DNA from: Candidatus Avilachnospira sp.
GTDB lineage: Bacteria > Bacillota > Clostridia > Oscillospirales > Oscillospiraceae
Direction: 5' to 3'
DNA length: 64,000 nt
Assembly (NCBI GenBank): GCA_045589035.1
Contig: JAZNFJ010000083.1
Location: 6,551 to 70,550, forward strand
In this document: positions 20,263 through 30,139 of the stretch, piece after piece
Layout: each line of letters begins with the position of its first letter
How positions within the stretch are numbered: the first letter of the stretch is position 1
Made by a program: the position numbers and the translations under genes
Notes under the pieces: model-generated
What the model was told of the DNA's origin: nothing
What the model saw: the letters and a program-made list of their open reading frames with translations, nothing else
Database searches by the model: none

Positions 20263-21288
20263 TCAGGAAATAAACATAGCATCGCCAAAGGAGAAGAAAC
20301 GATACCGCTCCCGAACTGCCTCCTCATAGGCATGCAGTACAGGCTCTCTGCCTGCAAAGGCAGAAACCAACATGACCAAGGTGCTTTCCGGCAAGTGGAA
20401 ATTGGTGATCAGCGCATCCATAGCCTTGAAACGATAACCGGGATAGATAAAAATTTCCGTCCATGCAGACTTCTCTTCAAATCTTCCATCCTCTTCCGCC
20501 AAGGATTCCAGGGTTCTGCAGGAGGTCGTTCCCACGCAGACCACACGGCCGCCATTGGCCTTTGTTTCGTTGATCATATTGGCAGTTTCCTTGGAAATCA
20601 TGCAAAACTCTGCATGCATATGATGGTCCGTGATCTCATCGGCCTTCACAGGACGGAACGTGCCAAGGCCCACATGCAGTGTCACATAAGCCAGTTTGAC
20701 GCCCTTGGCTTCAATCCGCTCCAGCAGTTCCTGCGTAAAATGCAGGCCGGCAGTCGGCGCAGCTGCAGAGCCATTGACCTTGGAATAGACAGTCTGGTAC
20801 CGTTCCCCGTCTTCCAGTTCTTCCTTAATGTAAGGCGGCAAGGGCATCTTACCAAGCCGTTCCAAAACCTCCAGAAAAATACCTTCATAGTGGAACTTTA
20901 CTAACTTATTTCCCGTATCCAACGCATCCACAACTGTTGCGGTCAGACTGCCGTCACCGAAGGACAGTTCTGTTCCGGGCTGGGTTTTCCGGCCGGGTTT
21001 GGTCAGACATTCCCAAACACCATCTCCTTTATCCTTCAGGAGCAGAACCTCTACTGCGCCCATGGTCGGCACACGGTGTCCCAAAAGACGGGCAGGCAGA
21101 ACACGGGAATTATTCAATACCAGACAATCACCGGGCTGCAGCATATCCACAATATCATAGAAATGCTTATGTCCGACAGCGCCGGTATTTCTGTCCAAAG
21201 TCATAAGGCGGGATGTATCCCGCTGTGCCAAAGGTGTCTGAGCAATCAGCTCCTCCGGCAGATCATAATAGAAATCATGTGTTTTCAA
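20263..21288 (-). CDS. queA: S-adenosylmethionine:tRNA ribosyltransferase-isomerase
   Basis: (L)[19 protein letters not shown]... The ORF is open to TTG 21303. TTG 21288 sits 8 nt after GAGGG and gives a 341-aa product. Confidence 0.92.
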   Translation of the reverse strand: MKTHDFYYDLPEELIAQTPLAQRDTSRLMTLDRNTGAVGHKHFYDIVDMLQPGDCLVLNNSRVLPARLLGHRVPTMGAVEVLLLKDKGDGVWECLTKPGRKTQPGTELSFGDGSLTATVVDALDTGNKLVKFHYEGIFLEVLERLGKMPLPPYIKEELEDGERYQTVYSKVNGSAAAPTAGLHFTQELLERIEAKGVKLAYVTLHVGLGTFRPVKADEITDHHMHAEFCMISKETANMINETKANGGRVVCVGTTSCRTLESLAEEDGRFEEKSAWTEIFIYPGYRFKAMDALITNFHLPESTLVMLVSAFAGREPVLHAYEEAVRERYRFFSFGDAMFIS

Positions 21289-21333
21289 CAATAAAGCCCT
21301 CAATTTACAGTCAGGATTTTACATTCATATCGA

Positions 21334-21362
21334 TTGACATACTATGTCATCTGTGATATCAT
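21334..21362 (+). promoter_or_regulatory. Putative sigma-A promoter upstream of asd (about 125-nt leader)
   Basis: TTGACA (21334-21339), 17-nt spacer, TGa-TATCAT (21357-21362). Confidence 0.4.
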
Positions 21363-21494
21363 TGTCGCATTGGCGGACAGATGACCACCAGAGAAATACA
21401 TTTTCACTTCATGGCCATCGCTGTCTATTATAGTACATTCCCGCATTTCCCGCAACTAAAACTTGCGGAAAGCGAGCAGATTGGAGCGATTTAT

Positions 21495-22574
21495 ATGAAA
21501 AAGTACAAAGTTGGTATTGTGGGTGCAACCGGTATGGTCGGTCAGCGTTTTGTGATGCTGAATTCCAACCACCCCTGGTTTGAGCTGACTGCCCTCGCCG
21601 CCAGTTCCAGAAGCGCCGGCAAGACCTACAAAGAAGCCGTCGGTGCCCGTTGGGCAATGGAAGATCCCATGCCCGAAAGCGCTGCTTCCATGGTCGTCAT
21701 GGATGCTGAGGCTGATGCAGAAAAGATCGCGGCTATGGTCGATTTCGTCTTCTGCGCAGTTGATATGAAGAAAGACGAGATCAAGGCTCTGGAAGAGCGT
21801 TATGCCAAGCTGGAGTGCCCGGTGGTTTCCAACAACTCTGCTCATCGCTGGACCGAAGATGTTCCCATGGTTGTTCCCGAGATCAATGCAGACCACATCA
21901 AGGTCATTGAGGCACAGAGAAAGCGCCTTGGCACCAAGCGCGGTTTTATTGCAGTCAAGTCCAACTGCAGCCTGCAGAGCTATATTCCCGCCCTGCATCC
22001 TCTGAAAAAGTACGGTCTGGGCAATTCTCTGGTCTGCACCTATCAGGCCATCTCCGGCGCCGGTAAGACCTTTGAAACCTGGCCTGAAATGATCGACAAT
22101 GTCATTCCCTACATTGGCGGCGAAGAAGAAAAGTCTGAGCGCGAGCCCATGAAGCTGTGGGGTCACATCGAGGACGGCAAAATCGTCAATGCCGAAGGTC
22201 CCTCCATCACCGCACAGTGCATCCGTGTTCCCGCCAGCAACGGTCATATGGCCGCTGTGTTCATGAAGTTCGATGGCGAAAAGCCCACAATCGAACAGAT
22301 CAAGGCCGACTGGGCCGCTTATGCCGGTCGTGCACAGGAACTGGAACTCCCCTCTGCTCCCAAGCAGTTCCTGCATTACTTCGAAGAGGACAACCGCCCT
22401 CAGACCAATCTGGACCGCATGACTGAGAACGGCATGGCCGTCTGCATCGGTCGTCTGCGTCCCGACAGCCAGTATGACTACAAGTTCGTCTGCCTGTCCC
22501 ACAACACCCTTCGCGGTGCTGCCGGCGGTGCCGTTCTGCTGGCCGAACTGCTGTGTGCAGAGGGTTACATCTAA
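21495..22574 (+). CDS. asd: Aspartate-semialdehyde dehydrogenase
   Basis: MKKYKVGIVGATGMVGQRF..., active-site context SNCS, and LRGAAGGAVL near the C-terminus. The upstream part of the ORF-track call lacks homology-like sequence. Confidence 0.93.
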   Translation: MKKYKVGIVGATGMVGQRFVMLNSNHPWFELTALAASSRSAGKTYKEAVGARWAMEDPMPESAASMVVMDAEADAEKIAAMVDFVFCAVDMKKDEIKALEERYAKLECPVVSNNSAHRWTEDVPMVVPEINADHIKVIEAQRKRLGTKRGFIAVKSNCSLQSYIPALHPLKKYGLGNSLVCTYQAISGAGKTFETWPEMIDNVIPYIGGEEEKSEREPMKLWGHIEDGKIVNAEGPSITAQCIRVPASNGHMAAVFMKFDGEKPTIEQIKADWAAYAGRAQELELPSAPKQFLHYFEEDNRPQTNLDRMTENGMAVCIGRLRPDSQYDYKFVCLSHNTLRGAAGGAVLLAELLCAEGYI

Positions 22575-22585
22575 TCAAACACGTT

Positions 22586-22619
22586 AAAAGACCGGATGGC
22601 TCAGCCATCCGGTCTTTTT
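22586..22619. terminator. Bidirectional intrinsic terminator (asd / tyrS)
   Basis: AAAAGACCGGATGGC tca GCCATCCGGTCTTTTT. Confidence 0.85.
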
Positions 22620-22625
22620 GAAACA

Positions 22626-23849
22626 TTAACCGAGAATTGCCTTGTGGTAAACCTTCTTGCCTTTGCGGATCTTCAGACCTTCCTGGAGCTGCTCGGCGGT
22701 AAAGGCAGCATCAACAGCTGCGACCTTTTCTTCGTTGACGGTCACGCCACCCTGCTGCACCAAGCGGCGACCTTCGGACTTGGTGGGAATCAGCTTACAA
22801 GCCATCATCAGATCCAGAATGGCGATCTTTCCATCGGTCAGCTGATCGGCAGTAATCTCGGTGGTGGGCATATTGGCATCGTCGCTGCCGCCTGCGAACA
22901 GAGCCTTAGCTGCTGCACGTGCCTTTTCAGCCTCTTCCTCGCCGTGAACCAGCTTCGTCAGCTCGTAGGCCAGAATATCCTTGGCCTGGTTCAGCTGGCT
23001 GCCTTCCCAGGAATCCATAGCTTCAATTTCTTCCAGAGGCAGGAAGGTCAGCATGCGGATGCACTTCATAACATCGGCATCATCCACATTGCGCCAGTAC
23101 TGATAGAAATCGTAAGGAGCAGTCTTGTTGGGATCCAGCCACACAGCACCCTTTGCAGTTTTACCCATCTTCTTGCCTTCGGAGTTCAGCAACAGCGTGA
23201 TGGTCATAGCATGGGCATCCTTGCCCAGCTTGCGGCGAATCAGCTCCGTGCCGCCCAGCATGTTGGACCACTGGTCATTACCACCAAACTGCAGATTGCA
23301 GCCCAGGGACTGATACAGATGATAGAAGTCGTAGGACTGCATGATCATGTAGTTAAACTCCAGGAAGCTCAGACCCTTTTCCATACGCTGCTTGTAGCAC
23401 TCAGCACGAAGCATGTTGTTAACGGAGAAACAGGCACCCACTTCACGGAGGACATCCACATAGTTCAGATCCAGCAGCCATTCAGCATTGTTGACCATCA
23501 GAGCCTTGCCTTCACCAAAGTCAATAAACCGCTCCATCTGCTTCTTAAAGCAGTCGCAGTTATGCTGGATGGTTTCAGGGGTCATCATGGAACGCATGTC
23601 TGTACGGCCGGAGGGGTCACCGATCATAGCAGTACCGCCGCCGATCAGCGCAATAGGACGGTTGCCAGCCATCTGCAGACGCTTCATCAGGCACAGCGCC
23701 ATGAAGTGGCCGACATGGAGAGAATCAGCAGTGGGGTCAAAGCCAATATAGAAGGTAGCCTTACCGGCATTGATCAGTTCGCTGACTTCCTTTTCGTCGG
23801 TGACCTGTGCAATGAGGCCTCTGGCCACCAGTTCTTCGTAGAGTGTCAT
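22626..23849 (-). CDS. tyrS: Tyrosine--tRNA ligase
   Basis: ...GFDPTADSLHVGH (HIGH), KMGKT (KMSKS) and a C-terminal S4-like domain. Confidence 0.97.
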   Translation of the reverse strand: MTLYEELVARGLIAQVTDEKEVSELINAGKATFYIGFDPTADSLHVGHFMALCLMKRLQMAGNRPIALIGGGTAMIGDPSGRTDMRSMMTPETIQHNCDCFKKQMERFIDFGEGKALMVNNAEWLLDLNYVDVLREVGACFSVNNMLRAECYKQRMEKGLSFLEFNYMIMQSYDFYHLYQSLGCNLQFGGNDQWSNMLGGTELIRRKLGKDAHAMTITLLLNSEGKKMGKTAKGAVWLDPNKTAPYDFYQYWRNVDDADVMKCIRMLTFLPLEEIEAMDSWEGSQLNQAKDILAYELTKLVHGEEEAEKARAAAKALFAGGSDDANMPTTEITADQLTDGKIAILDLMMACKLIPTKSEGRRLVQQGGVTVNEEKVAAVDAAFTAEQLQEGLKIRKGKKVYHKAILG

Positions 23850-23878
23850 AAGTATAAATTCCTTTCTTGGATATTATT

Positions 23879-25531
23879 TCATTGCCGCAGCATTTCTTCT
23901 GCGCTTTTCAGTGTCGTATCTGTGATTTCCGCACCGCCAATGATGCGGGCGATCTCATGGGTACGACCTTCTTTATCAAGCGGCGTCACATGGGTATATG
24001 TTCGGCCGTCTTTTTCTGTTTTTTCAATCAGCAGGTGCACGTCTGCAGCTGCCGCAATCTGCGGAAGATGGGTAACACAAAGCACTTGCTTGCATCCGGA
24101 AACCGCATGCAGCTTTTCAGCCACCTTCTGAGCAGCTCGTCCGCTGACTCCGGCATCGACCTCGTCAAAGATCAAAGTGCTGACCATATCCTGTTCCGCC
24201 ATAACGTTCTTGATAGCAAGCATAATTCGTGCCAACTCACCGCCGGAGGCAACTTTGTTCATCGGTTTCAGCGCCTCGCCGACATTGGCAGTCATGAGAA
24301 AACGCATATGATCCAACCCATTGGGCGACATTTGCTGTTCTTCGAATTGACAGACAAACTGTGCCTTTGGCATATCCAAAGCAGCCAGTTCCTCCCCAAG
24401 TCGCTTCTGTAGTTCTTTTGCTGCCTTCATTCTGGCTTCCCGCAGAAGCAGGCCGGACTTCATCGCGTCAATCTCCAGGACAGAAAGCTTCTTCTTCAGC
24501 TTCTCTATCCGATCATCAGCAAATTCAATTTCGTCCAATTCCGCCTGTGCCATTTCAAGATAATCCAGAATATCATCTACCGTATTGCCATATTTACGGC
24601 GCAGCCGATGAATGACATCCAAGCGGCTTTCGATTTGCTCCAATTCTTCACCGGAATATGCAAATGCATCCAAACGATCACGCAGTTCCTCGGCTGCATC
24701 TTGAACAGAATACATCAAATCAGAAATACGGTTTTGGATCTCTGCCAGCCCATCATCATATCGACTGATTTTGGCAAGGGCTTGTGCTGCTTCAGAAATC
24801 AGCCCGGAGGCCCCATCCCGATCATCATCACCGTACAAAGCAGAAACCGCCCTAACAAGACCATCGGTCAGCTTTTCCGCATTCTGAAGCACTTTTCGGC
24901 GGCTTTCCAGTTCTTCGTCTTCGCCGCTGTGCAGGTCTGCACGCTGGATTTCGTCAATCTGGAAACGGAGCGCTTCCACTCTGCGGAGTTTCTCGCTCTC
25001 GTCCATGGAAAGCCGCTGGATTTCCTGACGGACATCCATAACCGTCCGGTACTTATCCGTATAATCTATCAGAAGTTCCTGATCTTTTGCATAAAGATCG
25101 AGATATAACAGATGATTGGCTTCATCAAAAAGCTGCTGGGAATCGTGCTGACCATGAATGCTGACCAGCTGCACACCCAACTTTTTTAAAAGTGCAACCG
25201 TTACCGGTCTTCCGTTTACACGACAGATATTCTTACCGTCGGCATAAACTTCTCTCTGAAGGATCAGTTCACTTTCATCGTAGTCAACACCATTTTCAGA
25301 AAACCAGTCAAGTTTCGGAACATCCGAAAACACGGCACTGACATACGCACGGTCCGTTCCGGTACGAATGACATCCCGGTAGGCTCGTTCACCCAAAATG
25401 GCGGAAATCGCATCGATTACGATAGACTTACCCGCACCGGTCTCACCGGTCAGCACATTAAAGCCCCGATCAAAATGAATGTCCGCCTGTTCAATCACAG
25501 CTATATTCTCGATATGCAGCAAATTCAGCAT
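23879..25531 (-). CDS. recN: DNA repair protein RecN
   Basis: MLNLLHIENIAVIEQADIHFDRGFNVLTGETGAGKSI..., C-terminal ASGGELARIMLA...FDEVDAG. ATG 25531 avoids overlap with argR. Confidence 0.95.
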   Translation of the reverse strand: MLNLLHIENIAVIEQADIHFDRGFNVLTGETGAGKSIVIDAISAILGERAYRDVIRTGTDRAYVSAVFSDVPKLDWFSENGVDYDESELILQREVYADGKNICRVNGRPVTVALLKKLGVQLVSIHGQHDSQQLFDEANHLLYLDLYAKDQELLIDYTDKYRTVMDVRQEIQRLSMDESEKLRRVEALRFQIDEIQRADLHSGEDEELESRRKVLQNAEKLTDGLVRAVSALYGDDDRDGASGLISEAAQALAKISRYDDGLAEIQNRISDLMYSVQDAAEELRDRLDAFAYSGEELEQIESRLDVIHRLRRKYGNTVDDILDYLEMAQAELDEIEFADDRIEKLKKKLSVLEIDAMKSGLLLREARMKAAKELQKRLGEELAALDMPKAQFVCQFEEQQMSPNGLDHMRFLMTANVGEALKPMNKVASGGELARIMLAIKNVMAEQDMVSTLIFDEVDAGVSGRAAQKVAEKLHAVSGCKQVLCVTHLPQIAAAADVHLLIEKTEKDGRTYTHVTPLDKEGRTHEIARIIGGAEITDTTLKSAEEMLRQ

Positions 25532-25550
25532 ACCATCGATCCTCTCAAAT

Positions 25551-26003
25551 TCAGTTGAGATGCCGCTTAAAATCTGCGCAAAGCGCAACAGCAGCGGATG
25601 TATCACGCATCAGAAGGAAGGCTGTGTCATCGCCTGCCAATGTACCGACAATCATATCCAGATTCATAGCATCTATGGCAGAACAGGCAGCAGAAGCCAG
25701 ACCGGGCATGGTCTTAATGACAACGATGTTCTGTGCGTGGTCGCAGGCAACAATGCTCTGCTTGAAGATATTATTCAGTTTGGAAGTCAGTGTCGGCTCC
25801 AGCTGTTTCGGTGTCGTGCTGTAACGGTAGGCACCGCTGGGACTCTGCTCTTTGATAATCCGAAGTTCTTTAATATCACGGGAAATGGTTGCCTGTGTTG
25901 TGGTAAAACCGAATTGATTCAGTTCCGCAAGCAGCTGCTCCTGTGTTTCAATATCCTTACTTTCAATCAACTCAAGGATCTTTGCCTGACGGTTCATTTT
26001 CAT
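25551..26003 (-). CDS. argR: Arginine repressor
   Basis: ...RQAKILELIESKDIETQEQLLAELNQFGFTTTQATISRDIKEL..., GTLAGDDT. Confidence 0.93.
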   Translation of the reverse strand: MKMNRQAKILELIESKDIETQEQLLAELNQFGFTTTQATISRDIKELRIIKEQSPSGAYRYSTTPKQLEPTLTSKLNNIFKQSIVACDHAQNIVVIKTMPGLASAACSAIDAMNLDMIVGTLAGDDTAFLLMRDTSAAVALCADFKRHLN

Positions 26004-26015
26004 AGAAAAGACTCC

Positions 26016-26882
26016 TTATCGGGCGTAAAATTTGTTGTTAAAAATCTCGTAAAAACTGGTCTGCTTCAGACGGACCAGACAGGTTTCCTGTTCTGCTTTC
26101 CGAACAGTCACCACATCTCCAACATTCAGACGGAATGCTCTGCCGCCATCTACGGACAAGAAAGCGCTCTTCCTGCCAAGCTTGCCCAACCGGATGGAAA
26201 TGGTGCGCCAAGGAGCAGTTACAATGCCTCTTGCGTGGAAACCATGGGCGCAGATGGGTGTGATAATGATATTATGTGCAGAAGGCTCTACAATCGGTCC
26301 GCCAGCAGACATGGAGTAGGCCGTAGAACCAGTCGGCGTGGAAATCAGCACACCATCACCGGAGAATGTGCTGGCTTCCACACCATCACACTCCACTGCC
26401 ACTTGAATCACGCGGGCAATGGCACCCTTTGTGATGGCAGCATCATTGAGCGCCACCTCATCAAACAGCACACGGCCTTCGTTTTCCACCGTCACATGGA
26501 GCATCATTCTCTTTTCAATGGTGTACTCCCCTTTTGCCAGTTTTGACAACAGCGGGAGTTCCGATCCTTCCAGTTCAGCCATGAAACCCATGGTGCCGAT
26601 ATTCACACCAAGGATCGGTACATGATGCTTGGTTGCAACTTTGGAGGAATGGAGGATGGTTCCATCGCCGCCGAAACAAATCAGAACATCCGCCTTTTTG
26701 ATCTCCCGATGCAGATCCTGGAACTTCATGTCTGTCGGCATTTCAAAGTTCTTATCCACATCAAAGGGCAGGCAGACTCTTGTTTCAATTCCCGACTGGT
26801 TGAGAATGGAAACTGCCTGTTCCACTAATTTGAAGTTACGATCCCGATAGGGATTGGGGGTCAGTACTGCTCTCATAATCAT
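26016..26882 (-). CDS. nadK: NAD kinase
   Basis: ...GGDGT(I)L..., NxGxxGFm, and STPTGSTAYSMSAGGP. Confidence 0.93.
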   Translation of the reverse strand: MIMRAVLTPNPYRDRNFKLVEQAVSILNQSGIETRVCLPFDVDKNFEMPTDMKFQDLHREIKKADVLICFGGDGTILHSSKVATKHHVPILGVNIGTMGFMAELEGSELPLLSKLAKGEYTIEKRMMLHVTVENEGRVLFDEVALNDAAITKGAIARVIQVAVECDGVEASTFSGDGVLISTPTGSTAYSMSAGGPIVEPSAHNIIITPICAHGFHARGIVTAPWRTISIRLGKLGRKSAFLSVDGGRAFRLNVGDVVTVRKAEQETCLVRLKQTSFYEIFNNKFYAR

Positions 26883-27685
26883 CCTTTCAAGGACTCATGG
26901 GCATTACGCACCAGTTCGTCCAATGCCGGAATATTCCCCTCTCCGGCAGCCAGGGACAAATGTCCCAAAAATTCAATATTGCCCTCCGGACCTTTCACAG
27001 GAGAAAAAGTCAGATCCCGAATGGTAAACTCTAAAGATTTGGCCAGATCTACAAAAGCTTCCAGCACTTCCAGATGCACCGCAGGATCGCGGACGACACC
27101 TTTCTTACCAACCTTATCCTTCCCTGCTTCAAACTGAGGCTTGATCAGGCAAAGAACCTGACCGGTTTCCCGCTTCAGCAGGCTCTTAATGACCGGCAGA
27201 ACCAGTTTCAGGGAAATGAAGGAAACATCCACGACTGACAAATCCAGCGGTTCTCCAAGCTGTTCCGGCGTCACATGGCGAATGTTTGTCCGCTCCATGA
27301 CCACTACCCGCTCATCGCTGCGGATTTTCCAGGCAAGCTGGCCATAGCCGACATCAATGGCGAAAACCTTCTTTGCGCCTTGCTGCAGTAGGCAATCTGT
27401 GAAACCACCGGTGGATGCACCGGAATCGCTGCATACATAACCGGTCGGATCAACACCAAAGTCACGAAGTGCCTTTTCCAGTTTCAATCCGCCACGACTG
27501 ACATAGGGGCACACACTGCCGCGAACTTCAATAGCAGCCTTGGTATCATAGCTGGCACCGGCCTTGTCTGCCTTCTGTCCGTCTACATAGACATCACCGC
27601 TCATAATGACTGCCTGTGCCTTTGCGCGGCTGTCAAAACAGCCTCGCTCTACCAAAAGAACATCAAGACGTTCTTTATTTTTCAT
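26879..27685 (-). CDS. tlyA: TlyA family rRNA (cytidine-2'-O)-methyltransferase
   Basis: MKNKERLDVLLVERG (S4 domain)...VSRGGLKLEKAL...DSGASTGGFTDCLLQ. ATG 27685 overlaps the dxs end by 11 nt. Confidence 0.9.
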   Translation of the reverse strand: MKNKERLDVLLVERGCFDSRAKAQAVIMSGDVYVDGQKADKAGASYDTKAAIEVRGSVCPYVSRGGLKLEKALRDFGVDPTGYVCSDSGASTGGFTDCLLQQGAKKVFAIDVGYGQLAWKIRSDERVVVMERTNIRHVTPEQLGEPLDLSVVDVSFISLKLVLPVIKSLLKRETGQVLCLIKPQFEAGKDKVGKKGVVRDPAVHLEVLEAFVDLAKSLEFTIRDLTFSPVKGPEGNIEFLGHLSLAAGEGNIPALDELVRNAHESLKG

Positions 27686-29501
27686 TTTGCAACAACTCCC
27701 TTGCTGCTTGATAAATACCGTCGGCATCAATTCCCAGCAGCTTACGCAGAGAAGCCGTATCGCCATGGGCCACAATGCCGTTTTTCGTATTTAACAGACG
27801 GCTTTGGCAGGAAATGCCATTCTGACTGAGCGCAGCCAGAATTTCCAAACCGACTCCGCAAACCTCGGCAGCTTCTTCCACTACCAAAAGTCTGCCTGTT
27901 TTTCGGACAGATGTCATAACGTCATCCAGTTTTAAGGGTGCGATCTGATCCAGCTTGATCACATCTGCTGACAATTTTTCCGCAGCCTCTAAAACAGAGT
28001 TAATGGTCGTTCCATAAGATACGATCGTAAGATCGCTGTTGTCAGACAGTCGATTCGCCCAATGCGCATCCGTATAATTTCCTTCAGCGCCTCTGGGATA
28101 GCGAATCGCTACCGGACCTGTGCAATTCAAAGCAGCCTCACGAAGCATTCTTCTCAGTTCGCCATGGCTGGAAGGACAAAACACCTGCATACCGGGAATC
28201 TGCCGCAAGAAGCCCACATCAAACAAACCATGATGGGTCTCTCCGTCCTCGCCGACAAGACCTGCACGGTCGACGGCAAAGACCGCATGCAAATTCTGCA
28301 GAGCAACATCCTCTATGAGCATATCATAAGCTCTCTGCAGGAATGTGGAGTAGACCGCAAACACGGGGATCAGCCCTTGTTTTGCGGCACCTGCAGCCAT
28401 TGCGGCTGCATGACCTTCTGCAATGCCCACATCAAAGAAACGGTTGGGAAATTTTTTTCCAAATCCATCCAAACCAGTCCCGTGCTCCATTGCAGCGGTA
28501 ATGCCACAAATTCGCATATCCTCAGCAGCCATGGCAGAAAGTTCCTCGCCAAAAACCTGTGAGAAATTCTGAGCGCCCTTGGCTGATACCATACCGGTAT
28601 TGGGATCAAAAGTGCCAACACCATGGAAATCAGAAGGCTGCCCTTCCGCAGGTGCGTAACCCTTTCCCTTTTTGGTAATGACATGCAAAAGGACAGGCAC
28701 GCCCATCTCTTTTGCTTGTTGCAGCAGGAATACCAACTGTTCTGTATCATGACCGTCCACAGGTCCCAGGTACTCAAATCCCATCTCCTCAAAAATGGTC
28801 ACACCAAGGAGTTTTTTGCGGAGCCAGGCCTTGCAGCGATGAATGATCGCATACAGCCTTCTTCCACCGGGAACCCTCTGGGCAAAACGGCGATATGCCC
28901 TTTTAAAGCCGAAATACCCCGGTTTCAGACGAACTTTGGAGAGATGACGGGCAATGGCACCAACATTCGGAGTGATGGACATGCCATTGTCGTTAAGAAC
29001 AACAACCAGCGGCTCACCGCTTTCACCGGCGTCGTTGAGGCCTTCATAAGCAAGGCCGCCAGTCAGCGCACCATCACCCAATACAGCAACGATATCGTAA
29101 TCTGCGTTCTGCAGGGTTCTGGCTCTGGCCATACCCAAAGCAACCGAAACAGAATCAGAGGCATGACCCGCAACGAACGCATCATGCTCACTTTCAGCAG
29201 GCTTGGGAAATCCTGCAAGACCGTCCAGCTTGCGAAGGGTCGAAAACTCGCCTTGCCGTCCGGTCAGAATTTTATGAACATAGGACTGATGTCCCACATC
29301 AAACAGCAGTCGATCTTTCTTGGTGTCATAGACCTTGTGCAGTGCAACCGTCAGTTCAACTACGCCCAGATTGGATGCCAGATGTCCTCCTGTCTGCGCG
29401 ATATGATGCACAAGAAACGCCCGGATTTCTTCGCACAAAACGCGATCCTGAGCAGAATCCAACGCAAGAAGATCTTTTCTATCTCTAATGTTTTCCAGCA
29501 T
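27675..29501 (-). CDS. dxs: 1-deoxy-D-xylulose-5-phosphate synthase
   Basis: ...GGHLASNLGVVELTVALH...FDVGHQSY.HK..TGR..., GDGALTGG (TPP motif). Confidence 0.97.
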   Translation of the reverse strand: MLENIRDRKDLLALDSAQDRVLCEEIRAFLVHHIAQTGGHLASNLGVVELTVALHKVYDTKKDRLLFDVGHQSYVHKILTGRQGEFSTLRKLDGLAGFPKPAESEHDAFVAGHASDSVSVALGMARARTLQNADYDIVAVLGDGALTGGLAYEGLNDAGESGEPLVVVLNDNGMSITPNVGAIARHLSKVRLKPGYFGFKRAYRRFAQRVPGGRRLYAIIHRCKAWLRKKLLGVTIFEEMGFEYLGPVDGHDTEQLVFLLQQAKEMGVPVLLHVITKKGKGYAPAEGQPSDFHGVGTFDPNTGMVSAKGAQNFSQVFGEELSAMAAEDMRICGITAAMEHGTGLDGFGKKFPNRFFDVGIAEGHAAAMAAGAAKQGLIPVFAVYSTFLQRAYDMLIEDVALQNLHAVFAVDRAGLVGEDGETHHGLFDVGFLRQIPGMQVFCPSSHGELRRMLREAALNCTGPVAIRYPRGAEGNYTDAHWANRLSDNSDLTIVSYGTTINSVLEAAEKLSADVIKLDQIAPLKLDDVMTSVRKTGRLLVVEEAAEVCGVGLEILAALSQNGISCQSRLLNTKNGIVAHGDTASLRKLLGIDADGIYQAARELLQNEK

Positions 29502-29510
29502 AGCTTCCTC

Positions 29511-30107
29511 TTATTTCCGGCCAAACAGCCGAGCAAAAGCCTTCGGAGCAGATTTCAGACCATAAATCAGTCTGGAAGCTGCCAATATGATCGTCGTAGC
29601 ATTATTCATGGCAATGGATTTGCCGAATGCCTTGCCGCCAACTGTAAGGCCGGCTACAAATGCAGACATCAACAGTTGTATCATGCTGGCCAAGGTCGGC
29701 TTCATATCCATAACAGCTCTGGCAGCAATGACCGCCGCTGCAGAACCGGATACAACGCCACAAATATCGCCAACGACATCGTTACAAAAAGAAGAAACAC
29801 GTTCTGCACGGCGAACCAAACGGATAGCGATTACCGCCTCAGGCATCTTCTTCGCTGCCATGGAATGAAAAGGCTTCTCCTCAGCTGCGGTAACTGACAT
29901 ACCAATGATGTCAAAGACAATACCCAGCAAAACAATTGCCAATAGCACCACAAAAGACAATGCCATACCGCCGGCAGTCAGAACCTCATTTGACAAAAAG
30001 GACATGGCCGCAGAAATGCCAATGGTAATGCCAAATATTGTAGAGATCCATTTCCAGTCCGGCTTGATCCGAATGGATTTAGACTTTTTCTTTCTGGTCT
30101 TTTTCAC
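29511..30107 (-). CDS. oapA: OLE-associated membrane protein OapA (4-TM), assigned by position and topology
   Basis: 198 aa from GTG 30107 (GGAGG 6 nt upstream). Basic N-terminus KKTRKKKSKSIRIK followed by four hydrophobic segments. Sits directly between the OLE-like RNA and dxs, as oapA does in described OLE loci. Confidence 0.65.
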   Translation of the reverse strand: MKKTRKKKSKSIRIKPDWKWISTIFGITIGISAAMSFLSNEVLTAGGMALSFVVLLAIVLLGIVFDIIGMSVTAAEEKPFHSMAAKKMPEAVIAIRLVRRAERVSSFCNDVVGDICGVVSGSAAAVIAARAVMDMKPTLASMIQLLMSAFVAGLTVGGKAFGKSIAMNNATTIILAASRLIYGLKSAPKAFARLFGRK

Positions 30108-30139
30108 GGGTTTCCTCCAATAATTACAAAGAAATAATG

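Noticed and set aside
22596-24131. 511-aa plus-strand ORF antisense to tyrS and the recN 3' end
   Set aside because: A shadow ORF opposite a clearly identified tyrS (HIGH/KMSKS motifs). It starts inside the asd terminator and has no recognisable domain.
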